Both the position numbers and the translations under genes were made by a program. Shown here in pieces: positions 50,618-62,593 of a DNA stretch of 64,000 bases. The notes beneath the pieces were generated by a model. It saw only the letters and a list, made by a program, of their open reading frames with translations. It did not search any database and had not been told where the DNA came from. The first letter of the stretch is position 1. Each line of letters starts with the position of its first letter. The DNA is from Paraphysomonas bandaiensis (Eukaryota; Protista; Chrysophyceae): assembly GCA_965644295.1 (NCBI GenBank), contig CBFFRP010000423.1:62001-126000 (forward strand), in the 5' to 3' direction.

Positions 50618-51367
50618 AATATAGATGAGATTGATTATATAATCATGTTATATATATATATGGAGTTAGATGGTAGAGTGGGAGGGAGGTTTAAGTGGGT
50701 TGGTTATTAAGGAGTGTGCTGTTAGGGTATGTATGTATATGTATGTATGTATGTATGTATGCCGTTATATAGAAATGTACTTGTGGATTTGATACTGTAG
50801 TATGTATATATACCTGATTAGTACGATCGTATAATGGTACATTGGTACAGAAGTACGTGTTGTATTTTTTTTCCTGTAGCCTATAGTGCTGCTGTCTACA
50901 GCAGTGTGGTATTACTAGATCGCGGTATATACTGTATGTAGAATGATATGGATTTCCAGTACTATATTGTGGAAAACATTATAAAAATAACACATATTTG
51001 TTATCTTTGTAGCATAAAAGTGGCGTTTCTGCACAAAATTAGAAAATTATTGATGTTTTCTTGTCATATGGTTCCTTCGTTGACAATGAAATTACATAAT
51101 ATCATCAAACACACTCCTTTCCAATCATATATAAACAGTATGTATTGATTGGTTACATGATTTCAGTAAACAGAAAATTTGTGGTTAGTTTCTAATCTCC
51201 TATTGAGATGAATTCGATAAGAAAGTGAGAAGATTCTTCTTTATCTTAACTATCGAATTCCATCCATTCACGTTACATGCTCATGATACTACATATGCCT
51301 AACATTTGTTTTGTTAGATGCATCATAATTTCCCTCACTTTGATAACTATTACAATAAGTTTAAAGC

Positions 51368-52123
51368 ATGTTGACAACCGGTTTCTCGACATCAGTGGTC
51401 AATGCAGCTCGCAATATATCATCACGCTGCAATAAAGCCTTAGGACTTGATTTTCCAGAACTCTTTGCTTGTGATACATTCACAGCACTGGAAGAGTACT
51501 GTGATTACGATGATATTCGTTTACACAGGCCACCGGCATCATATGTTAGGATCGATTCAATGCTCGCTTCCACCAAACCAGAGTGGCTCAAAAATAATGG
51601 TAAGCATGGCTCGTATCATTTGAAGTATCGGTGATTATTATCGTTACAGCATTTCATGGCACTCTGAGTGGTCAGAACATGATAGAGGACTACGAAGTAT
51701 ACTTCAATCCTGTAGACAAGGACATTGTGTGTCTGGTCAGATTCGGAGGCGCTCTCAATGGTCACGAAGGAATTGTACATGGTGGTATTACAGCAATGAC
51801 TTTTGACAACTCTTTTGGATGGCTTTTTATGGCAAACAAATGTGATCCTGCTTTCACTGCTAATATTAACGTCAACTACAGGTATAGTACGAAACCTATT
51901 TGGCTATCCAGTTTAATGTGCACTATGTCTCAGACGAAAGGTTTTAGCGAATTCTCTTGTTCTGTTGAGAGCTAAGTTTACTGAAGTTAAAGGGAGAAAG
52001 CTCTTTATGGGGGCAACGATGGAAGACACGGACGGAAATATCCTTGCCGATGCCACCTGTCTATTTATCACTGTGAAAGATGTTAAGAAATACAAGGGTA
52101 GCCTTCCTGATGTCAAAAAATAA
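51368..52123 (+). CDS. Hotdog-fold acyl-CoA thioesterase (THEM4/PaaI-like), 3 exons
   Basis: FGGALNGHEGIVHGGITAMTFD; AFTANINVNYR; GRKLFMGAT..ADATCLFI; TAA at 52121-52123. Confidence 0.85.
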
Positions 52124-53513
52124 ATTTATTTTTCTGAATTTCCTCATGGAAACATTGAGTGAGTGGAAGTGGGATACCTGTACAAATAATTGGGGATATG
52201 TAGTGCAATTGTATCAGAGTTGGTATTTTTTATTCAAATCTTATTTCTAGACCCTAACCTTATTTAATTAACAATAAATAAATTAAAACGCTGTACGAAC
52301 TACGTAAACGTACCAACGTATACGATTGCTCAGTCGATAATCACACACAACTACCACCCTTATCTACTTAACAAGTCAACACTACTTATACAACAGTGGT
52401 TAATGCACCGTAGTGCACATACCAACAACTTAAATTCTACGCGCAGTAGTAATTATACTGATTAAACTATCCACTATATATTGCATGGTGTTACACCTAC
52501 AAAAAATGAATATATCATCTATAGCGGTATATTAGGGTTAGAATAGTTACTTTTTGCAGCTGTTACTGTATCTTTTCTTATACCGTATACAAATAACTCT
52601 AGCAAAGAAATTATATCAATTGAGTCAAAACAGGGGTAGCAGATTATGCGATTATGTCAAAACACTAACTTCCACTACAGTCGAATACTAGAGTCTACAC
52701 TCTAAACACGAGATTTCGTCCCTAATAAGTATAAATATCATTGCGCTTGAAGCTTTTCCAGTAGACGGAACATAACTTGTCCAAGAAATACCTACCGTGG
52801 CCACAGAAAACCCAACAATAGTATAATAGGAGCCGTTTCAAAGAGTTACCCACAGTGGTGGTGGCTCTGATACAAGATAAATCTATATAACACACTAGAT
52901 TGCTTATATTCACTGTGAAATGTTCTATGAGTTTTGTTCACCACGAATTATAGTAGATTTGTAACCATTATCGCAACAGCGGCTCGTTGATTGTCTTTCT
53001 CACTAGTTAGCAGATGCTGCATAGTGAACAGTTGAAGATAGGTATAATAGAAGACACAGCAAAATAGAGTCTAGATTACGAATTGAAATAGCTCTCATTT
53101 AAAAACTTAGCTATCATCGATAATAGTGACCACAGCTGCAATCAATATGCATTATATGTAATTTGATTCATAGTCATATAATGCATACGAGGACTACCAA
53201 TGAATCAGAGAGCCATCTACGATATGTTCTAGCAATTCATATGGATTATGTGTAAACAGTTTTTCATATGCGAAAACAGTCATTTATAATGAATTTACGA
53301 AATGTAATTAGGTTTACCACTTGCATGACGGAATGACAGAGGACACTTCAAATTAATTAGTGTTCTATATCAGATCGCAGTATCACCATATACATGTAAT
53401 GAGTGCAAATGATAAAAAGCTTCAAAAATCCTAGTAATTATACTTTAAAATGTACTTTCTATAATATACTATAATAATACAATACCAAATATAGCAAAAC
53501 ACTTCTATCTTCT

Positions 53514-55704
53514 CTATACAGTAATGACCAAAAATATTACAGAGCACGAATCACTGCACACAGAGCACAAACAATCAATAAGAATCGCTGTACCGAAATA
53601 TTACATGTCGTGTAAGAGAATCTGATACGTCCAGAGGAGTTAATTTACGCTGAAACAGAACCGGTTAGGCACCTGATCAAGTCTGTAAAAGTAAAACATT
53701 TGGATACCTTGTTTTTTACGAATGGGTCGGCTCCGAATTCCATTAATAAGTGTACAAGCTGGCCTTTATTATGAAGATCAGATGCACACACAATGTGTAG
53801 CGATGTATCTCCACACTACACACTAATAACTGGAGCAGTAGCACAAAACATAAAATACATACCACATCTGGAGAGTTAATGTCGAGAACACCACGACTCA
53901 AGAGCTCCCTCAAAGTTTCTTGATTACCACTCACAGCGGCATAGTGCAGTACTGAACGTCCATGCTATAAGTAATTAGTACTGTCTCAGTATTTGTAAAG
54001 ATTTTACGCACCACATCTCTAGCCTCAACACTTGCACCGAAGTCAAGCAAGATGGCCATTGATCCAGCAGTAGCAGCCATATGAAGTGCCGTACAACCTC
54101 TCTAACGCATTCATAATACACACACATGACAATATTACTCAATTGCATTACGAATAGCAACCACAACAATACAAATAAGTTCGTGTCCTTATTAAAAAGA
54201 CCTTACATTATCCCAACTCTCTAGTGTCGACATATATGGAATGACAGTTGATACTATACTATCTCGACCAGTAAGCGCTGCATAATGCAGTGGTGTTAGT
54301 CCATCCTGAGTATAAATCATCACACATAGTTCTGTGGTGCGTCATATGTACTAACTTCGTCAGTGGCATATATATCAGCACCCCTCTCAATTAAAGCTTG
54401 TGTCACTTCACAACTACCACACTTACAAGATATATGAAGAGCTGTGCGCCCACCCTGCACATGAATGACGAATAACACAATGGCAATTCGAAATCGTATT
54501 ACCAAGTCGAGTTCCTCCAGGGGTACCCCATTTTCTAGAAGGACGCAAACAACATTACTGTGGCCTCTCATAGCAGCATAGTGAAGAGCCATGTATCCGT
54601 CCTTTTTATGCAATCATATTTTAATGTATGCGAACAAAAAAGAGCAGTAGCACTATTTAACGCAGAGTAGAACATTAAAATTCGACTACCTTACTGCGTA
54701 CATCCCAGGAGCCACTCCAGCGCAGCAGTGCTTCCGCCACATCAGCCCGACCGTAAATAGCTGCAACATGCAAAGGAATATTTCCTCGCTACAAAAATGA
54801 ACATCAAATCGATTAGTGCTGCTTAAATAATTCTTACATGATTCGGTACCGTTGGGTCTGCCTGATGACGAAGTAAAAGTTCTGCAATATCATTTCTTTG
54901 AACTAGATGGAGAGGAGTGCATCCCCACTGTAGTAATATATTAAGCCAATACTAACTGGATAACAAGTTTGTCTAAAACATTACATGTCCTGCTCTGTAT
55001 GAAAAACTGCATAGAAGACAGACAACAGATCATTTCAGTAACAATGGTGACTTCACACCTTATCTTGGTAAGTTACACTTGTGGGAAATTGAGATATCAA
55101 TTCTTTCACGACAAGAAAAGAATAGAACTCATGGCCGCTGATATCAGGCTTCCCAGCAGATGAAACTGCAATGTGCAAGGGGTATTGCATCTCCTATGTG
55201 ATTCACAGTAGTATATATCTGTTAACCGAAATCGTAGATGAATACACTGCTCACGTTATTAGCCATATGGGTTGCCAAAACATCATTACAAAGAAGGGTC
55301 ATTGCTATATTAGCCTCTGTCCCGGATAAATTGTAGCATGCCAAATGTAAAGCTGTGTTTCCCTCCTGTAAATAACGTAAATTTAGTACGAAATATCATC
55401 GGTACAAACCTTGTCCTGAATTCCAGTTTCTACCCCATATTCCAGCAAAAGACGAATACATCGTAAATGACTACACTGAGCAGCAGCGTGAAGTGCACTA
55501 CGCCCATCCTAAAGAATACTATATCAAAGTAGCATATATATTCCTATTACATAAATATACCTTGTCCAGTGCCCGGATGTGATTTCTTTTACTGCTCCGC
55601 ATTTTAAAAATGAACTTAACATCATTGTTGTAAGACGCATCGACTACAGTAGAAGAGCGCCTGTACTGTACCCATTTGATATCTTTGAAGCATGTGAGAC
55701 CCAT
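53514..55704 (-). CDS. Ankyrin-repeat protein, about 11 repeats, one per exon
   Basis: Successive exons begin DGRSALH, EGNTALH, EMQYPLH, WGCTPLH, RGNIPLH, DGYMALH, GGRTALH, DGLTPLH, RGCTALH, HGRSVLH, CGDTSLH, RKLTPLD; termini approximate. Confidence 0.85.
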
Positions 55705-56305
55705 CCCTATAACTCTATGTGATAAACCCGTTCGACAGAATCAACTCACTCAAGTATCCTGGCATAATATATATAATGATGCAATAAGCAACATGGATAT
55801 AATTAAATAGAGTCGTCTTGACCATGACCAGCTCATTAATCTACATCGTGTGCAGGTATATGATAGTATAGTCTGCTGTGTTTGTTTAAATATAAGTACA
55901 AATGTCGTGAAACGCTCTCTCAACTGTAATATACACCTCATCCAATAATATAGCTGTAAATAGTATTCATTGGAAAATTATTGGCAATGATTTCTAGAAA
56001 ATGTTTGTTTATCCAATCAAATTTGTTTCTTATGAAATCATTTGCTATAGTGTTGTAGAAGGAGAAGGAAATGTTGATTTCAATTTAAAACCAGAGGTTT
56101 TAATGTAAAAACTGTTAAATAACTGGGATATTCTGATGTCCAATAGGACTTTGTGTGAAGTTTATGGACACTAATAGGCAGTACGACGTACTCTCTGTAT
56201 AGTACTACCGCAGTGTGCCATAGACACCACTCACTTCACATCTACAGCTGTACAGCAGTGTATATACCATATGAAGTGTACTGTAGAAGACATCATAGCA
56301 TATCT

Positions 56306-56436
56306 CGTATTGGCATCCTTCGTATATTTTTGTTCAAAGATGCCTCTAATATTGAGACAACAATTATCTGTATTCCAGCCGTAATTGTATTGTAGTAATA
56401 TAGAGTATTTTCACTTCAATTTATTTCCGAAAACAT
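56306..56436 (-). mobile_element. ~150-bp MITE-like repeat, copy 3 (one end eroded)
   Basis: CGTATTGGCATCCTTCGTATATTTTTGTTCAAAGATGCCTCTAATATTGAG... aligns with copy 2. Confidence 0.7.
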
Positions 56437-56600
56437 ATATAGAAGACGCGACGCTACTCCACCTGTACATATAGAAGATGAAGGGTCGGTCACATCATCT
56501 TATCATACCACATACATACATACATATACACACATATATATATATATATATAACCTCTTGGAACATTATTCTCCAAGTAAACAAAAGAACACTACAAGAC

Positions 56601-58262
56601 ATGTCAAGTGATACCAAAGATGAGGTAAGATCATTTTCCTTATTCATAACTGCTTCTATATATACATATACATACCTACCCTCTACATACACATACATAC
56701 ACATACATACACATACATACACAGATCTCATCTAATATATATATATAACCTTCTAGAAGCTTTCTACTGATAAAGATCTTCAAAAGAATACTAATGTAGG
56801 GTATGACATACATCATAATGCATCTATTAATGAGATTAATCATACCGATAAGTCATATGAGAAGATAAAGTATGAAGAATCACGTTCATCAAGTCGACGA
56901 CATAAAGATTCTAAACATCATAAACATAAAAAAAATCATAAACATAAAAAAAAACATAAACATGAACGTGATTATTCATATGATAATACATATATATGTA
57001 ATGATACCACAGATATATGTGAACAAGAGAAGAGGATAGAGAAGAAAGACAACAGAAGTAATAGTGATGATAAGGAATATAAAAGAGTAAAACAACGAGG
57101 TCGTTCTGTATCCCGCTCAAGATCATATGGAAGATCACGTGGACGGTCTCGTTCTCGTTCCAATTCATATGATAAGCATCAGAGACGGTCTCGTTCTCGT
57201 TCATATTCATATGAGAAGTCACGTGGACAATCTCGTTCCAATTCATATGGGAAATCATATAGACGGTCTCGTTCTCGATCATTGTCATATAGAAGATCAC
57301 GTGGACGGTCGCGATCTCGATCGAATTCATATGACAAATCATCCAGACGATCACGCTCTCGATCCTTGTCATATAGAAGGTCACGTGGACGGTCGCGATC
57401 CCGATCGAATTCATATGACAAGTCAAGTAGACGGTCTCGCTCTCGTTCTAATTCTTATGCAAAGCGCAGATACTCACGTTCTCGATCAAACGGAAAAAAT
57501 ATCCGTGGGCGTCGTGCCGACGTTGGGCACCGGAGCAAATCCCGAAGTCGTAGCCCCCCTGGCCCTCCCGTCCCCTCGGAGGTGGTTATCTCAGCGGGTA
57601 AGTTTGTGCAGTCCAGTACACTGACTGACTCAGGTAAAGCGGAGAAGGAGAGTAAGCCCGCTGACAGTGCTAGTGATTCCACCATGACGGCCGAGCAGAG
57701 TGCTGCGGCAGCAGCTGCTGCTGAGAAAAAACGCCGTTCGAAGTTTGAAGATGAAAGCGACTATATGTCTATGTCATTTGTAACCGAAAAAGCTGGAGAT
57801 AAGTTGAAGAGGAAGCGAACTGCAGCTGCTGCTGCGGCTTTAAATGGAACTTCTGCCTCTGCTGTTGCCTCGGGCACTGTTATTTCGGCTGCTACACAAG
57901 GGAACACTGCTTCCGTTGGTACGGAAAGCGTTTCGGTTAGTACATCAACTACTGCTGCCCCTGTGAGCGGTACGAATCCAAACCCTGAGACCACATTGCC
58001 GAACAGTAATTTAGGAACTAACCCCACTACTGAGACCTTTGGACCTGGATCAGCCGCACCAGTAGCACCCGCAGCTACGGGAGATGCTGAGACTCAAGCG
58101 AAGGCGTATGCTGAATACCAACAGAGGTATTACCAGTGGTACTATCAGCAGCAGCAACATCAGCAATACTATCAGCAGTACTATCAGATGCAACAAGGCG
58201 CACAAAACCCTCGAGTATCTGATCCAGCCATGAGACGCTATTATGGTCTGAGTGATGACTAG
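56601..58262 (+). CDS. Arg/Ser-rich (RS-domain) low-complexity protein (exons 56601-56624, 56757-58262)
   Basis: MSSDTKDE|KLSTDK..., open frame through KHKK repeats, repeated SYRRSRGRSRSRSNSYDK units, an Ala/Thr linker and a Y/Q-rich C-terminus. Confidence 0.75.
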
Positions 58263-59408
58263 ATATAAAATTATGTTTAAGTACCGTTCGATTCGATGCG
58301 ATACTCTTTAGTTTTTATATAGTGCGTATATTAGCATTTATCTTGTAGTTTCCAGTTATTAGTAATAATATTATATCCTGTCAGTGTACCATTATTGAAT
58401 CTCTATCTGCTAGTCTGCGTATAAGTAAGCGCAACACACTGTTGAGTGCAATTGAAGTGAGCTAATAGTATATAAAAGGTGAAATCTACTCATAGGTGTA
58501 ACTGGTGAATATAGTTACAAAGGAAGTAAATTCAGTTACTGATGCATGAATATGCAAGACATAGGAGTGACTGCCCTCAACGGAGTAGGACTCGCACCTT
58601 TTCGTGGTGTTCTAGGCTTAAATACTGGAGATATTTTTCGGGAGAATAACATGAGCCGCATATATCATAAAATATAGTTAGCAGATACTGTTCTACTCAA
58701 CCATAAGCTCTCTTTTTAGTGAATGTCTGATTATTTAGCAATAGGCGTTGAGACCTTGCATCAATTAGTGGCTAGAAAGCTCTCTTTATGTCAACCACTG
58801 ATCTTCCGTATCTTGAATCGTCATGACACTTCACTTTCACAGTTATAGCGTTATAGCTATGTAGTATTTAACGTATTACAGCTTCTCACATTGTAATTAA
58901 GGTATTCTACATTTCTATCTTAGGAAACATACGTATTCAAACAGAGTAGCAAACAAATGTTTCTGTGAACAGATGCTACATGATTATGTTGTAAAGTGTT
59001 GAGATTACTAATCATAATTCTTAATTGAAAGTACATTGTGTGAAACAAAGTAAGAAGTAAGGTTTTTACGTGTTGCGCAAGGTTAACTTCAATAAAATTT
59101 CCATTTCTAACGCATACAATACTATAATATGTACGTACGAGGTAAGAGAACCCAATACAATATCAATAACGAAAAATATACTTTCGCAGTATTGGACATA
59201 AGTAAGTATCTAAAGGTACGTAGAGATGCTGTCTAAGAAATTTTCTATCAACACCGATGACCTTTAAAATACAATGACTAGTGCGATGAAACTGAATTAT
59301 AAGTCTGAAAAAATATTACTTGAAAACAAAACATATAGCACAAAACTAGATTAAATGAGATATTATTGTAAACCACAATCGCTGCTACCTATGTCTAATA
59401 TTCTACCT

Positions 59409-60352
59409 CTACCGTAAGTCCTGTAATGTTAATTCAACTTGAATGGACCCTTGAACAATGGAAGTGCCAGAACTTGTTGTACACCGTAATGGTATGTTTA
59501 AGAACAGAGGAACACTACTGGGCAAGTTCAACTCCTGCAAGTCCACAGTTCCCTCACTAACGGGTTCTACAATATCAACAATAAGCGTGTGCATTCCAAA
59601 ATAGTAGCATGCATGATATAAGACCTACCTTCATCTGTGAAGGCATCATCGTCGAAGACAGAAAGAACGAGATTGTCGGTGCCATTCCACGAGAGCATCA
59701 GCTTCTCATTATACTTGGGATCTGATGAATTGCGAACTATTCGAGACTTCGCACTTTGCTGTCCAATTCTTGCAACTACATACGAAGAACACACTGACCC
59801 GCCATCATCATTAGCTAACTGTGTGGCTGACAACAGTTTGACGATGAAAACCCCAATGAATTCTATTTGTCCACTACCAGTGATGCGCGGTCCCTCGATC
59901 TGTGATACGGGTATACTTATCGGGCAACTGCGCTGCTTATTTGTACCAGGCAAAAAACTACGATCCACATATTTCATTCGAATATATATTTCACGATCTT
60001 CACGAGAACTGCAATAATTGGGTTTACGTACAGTGTGTGGAACAGAATACTCCAAAAAATTTTCATTCACAAACGAATTAGATACGGATCTTTTCATCAT
60101 TTCAATATTCTCATTTGTCCATTCATCTAATTTTGAACTTCTAACAATAGATATATCAACACCAAGTGATCGATGAACACCTGCACACTGTGTACATATA
60201 AATACACTGTTATTAACTGATGCCCATGTAGGATTAATTGCATTACAATCAGCACACATCTTATTCCCATCTAAACTCATAAGATGATATAATTTTTGAT
60301 AGTTTTCTTGTATAGTATGACCACATTCAGTGGGATACTGTTTATCAGTCAT
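59409..60352 (-). CDS. ArfGAP zinc finger + C2 domain protein (AGD11-13/ZAC-like), 2 exons
   Basis: GNKMCADC..PTWAS..VFICTQCAGVHRSLGVDISIVRS..LDEW; then GQIEFIG..C2 domain. Confidence 0.9.
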
Positions 60353-61379
60353 TAGATATGTATGTATATATAGAACTACACAATTAATAGTACTTATATA
60401 TAATTAAACAATCATATCAATGATAGATAAGATCAGATGTGATATATGAAACTATAGAATGTGATGTATGATCATCTAATTAATGAACTAGATGGTTATA
60501 TATATATATATATACATACATACGTGTGTGTTCTATAGGCCTTTAAACACTTGAAGCATAGTACGACTGTATGGCTCTGTATGGTGTATGTATGAGCTGC
60601 TGTGTATGTATGACTCCATGACTCTGTATGTATGGCGGTTTGACTCTCTACAAATCATTATATTTCCCGATTTTTCCCAATTTTTTCGATATATATATTT
60701 TTCATGTTTAAAACGCCACTTTTTTGATATATTTCAATAGTTTTCAAAATAAAAACCTGTATATTCTTCACTTTTTACCATGCATTGTATCTTAGACTGT
60801 ATTTAAGGTATACTCATGACAACAATAATGGACTGAAACTGTCCACTGCAATAGATAACATCATTGCTGCAGCTATACTCTTTGATTACAACTGATGTCA
60901 GATGTGCACTACATCCCATATCTCTAATGTTCCATTATGTACATTTGTGAATACTATGAAATATATTGGAGGTTTATAAACTACATGACTGCTTTATACG
61001 ATTACACTGCATTGGGCTTAATACTACAATTGGCAGATACCAAAATTTGTAGTTGAGGAATGCTTCAGCTACAGCGTATGTTGGGACCATAAACTCCAAA
61101 TCACTCTACTCTACTTCTCCTCTCTACTGAAGGCTTAATATGCTGGCACTTTAATGGCACTGTTTCTTATCAGTGCTTCCTCATCTCACAGCAGGATCTC
61201 TACATGAAAACAAAAAAAACGTATTTTGTACAACATAAAAGTCATATTTTCAAGAAATTTCACTTTTTCTCACAAAATATCCTCATTTTATACAATACAA
61301 GATAGAATATACAGGATATTATCTACTCTACTATAGATACATATATATATATATGCAGGAAGCAACATACGAGGGCCGC

Positions 61380-61517
61380 AGCATCCTATTTTTCGTAAAT
61401 AAATTGAAGCAAATATTCTCTACATTATTGTACAACAAGTACGGCTGAAATACACATAATTGTTGTCTCAATATATCAGGCATTTTTGAACAAAAACATA
61501 CAAAATATGCCGATACG
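61380..61517 (+). mobile_element. ~150-bp MITE-like repeat, copy 4
   Basis: AAATAAATTGAAGC...TACGGCTGAAATAC...GGCATTTTTGAACAAAAACATACAAAATATGCCGATACG aligns with copy 1. Confidence 0.7.
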
Positions 61518-61606
61518 GCTCATAGTATCAATACAGCATATTAATGTTACTGTATCCTCCTTCATATTCTCATAACTAGATTAGTTTACATAATAATAGA
61601 ATAGAA

Positions 61607-62593
61607 ATGTTTTCTAATCTTCATGTATTGTTTGGTGGTGGATTATCTACTTCACGTATGAAAATATTTACTAAAATATTTACAAATCATGGTGGTATAG
61701 TGCATCATATAAAGAAAACTATACATACACAACCACTTCATAGTATACTGAATTATATTATAATAGAAAATAAACAAATTAATTCTTTATTACTTACACA
61801 ACAATTTTGTTGTCCGAATATACCAAATTATATTAAAGTTATACATTGTTCATGGATTGAAGATTGTGTATCAAAGAAACGGTTATTACCTACTACAAAA
61901 TATGAAATTGACATCAACAGACAAACAGATATTGCTAAATCAGTTGAAACAAGTGATGATATTACGAGAAGTTCATTGTCTGATTTATCTGACGGAGAAA
62001 AGTTGAACCGAAAAAGATCATATGCGGAAGTCACTCCCGAATCAGGTTTTATCGTGATTCATTTTTTATTATAGCAGTAAAATATGCACAGATTCCAGTG
62101 AATTAACGAAACAGAAGAATAACACGTTACCGAAAAATATTGCAGCTGGCGTGATTATGTACCACGAAGACAAAATATTTATGGTGCAGGTATGTGTCAA
62201 GTATTCCACCTGTGAAACGTAACTATTCCACAGCCAACTGGCGGACGTGGGTACGGGATCCCCAAAGGTCTAGTAGATCCGGGAGAATCTCTAGAAGATA
62301 CGGCTCGTCGGGAATTTCAGGAAGAAACTGGTATATCTATCTCAGGCCCATTGGAGTATCTTGAGGGAAGCGGTGATATCCCAGGACGTAAGAGAATATA
62401 TGCATTTTTGTATGCAGGAGATGGAACAGAGAAGTATGTGTCCAGTAATCTCATTACGGAAGGATATTGCGCAGGTTTACCTGAGAATGCGGGAGGAAGA
62501 TATTTTGACCTGCGTGAGGCCTTACGAGTTGTACATAAAAACCAACAAAAGCTATTGCATTTATACTCCACTTTTATGAGTCGACAGAAATAG
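61607..62593 (+). CDS. BRCT domain + Nudix hydrolase fusion protein, 3 exons (about 61607-62045, 62093-62189, 62234-62593)
   Basis: BRCT: FSNLHVLF..IFTNHGG..VIHCSWIEDCV..LLPTTKYEI. Spliced C-terminal part: AAGVIMYHEDKIFMVQ|PTGGRGYGIPKGLVDPGESLEDTARREFQEETGI, a perfect Nudix box GX5EX7REUXEEXGU. Confidence 0.82.

Noticed and set aside
56911-57426. Antisense ERDRDR-rich ORFs
   Set aside because: Shadow frames of the RS-repeat gene on the plus strand.
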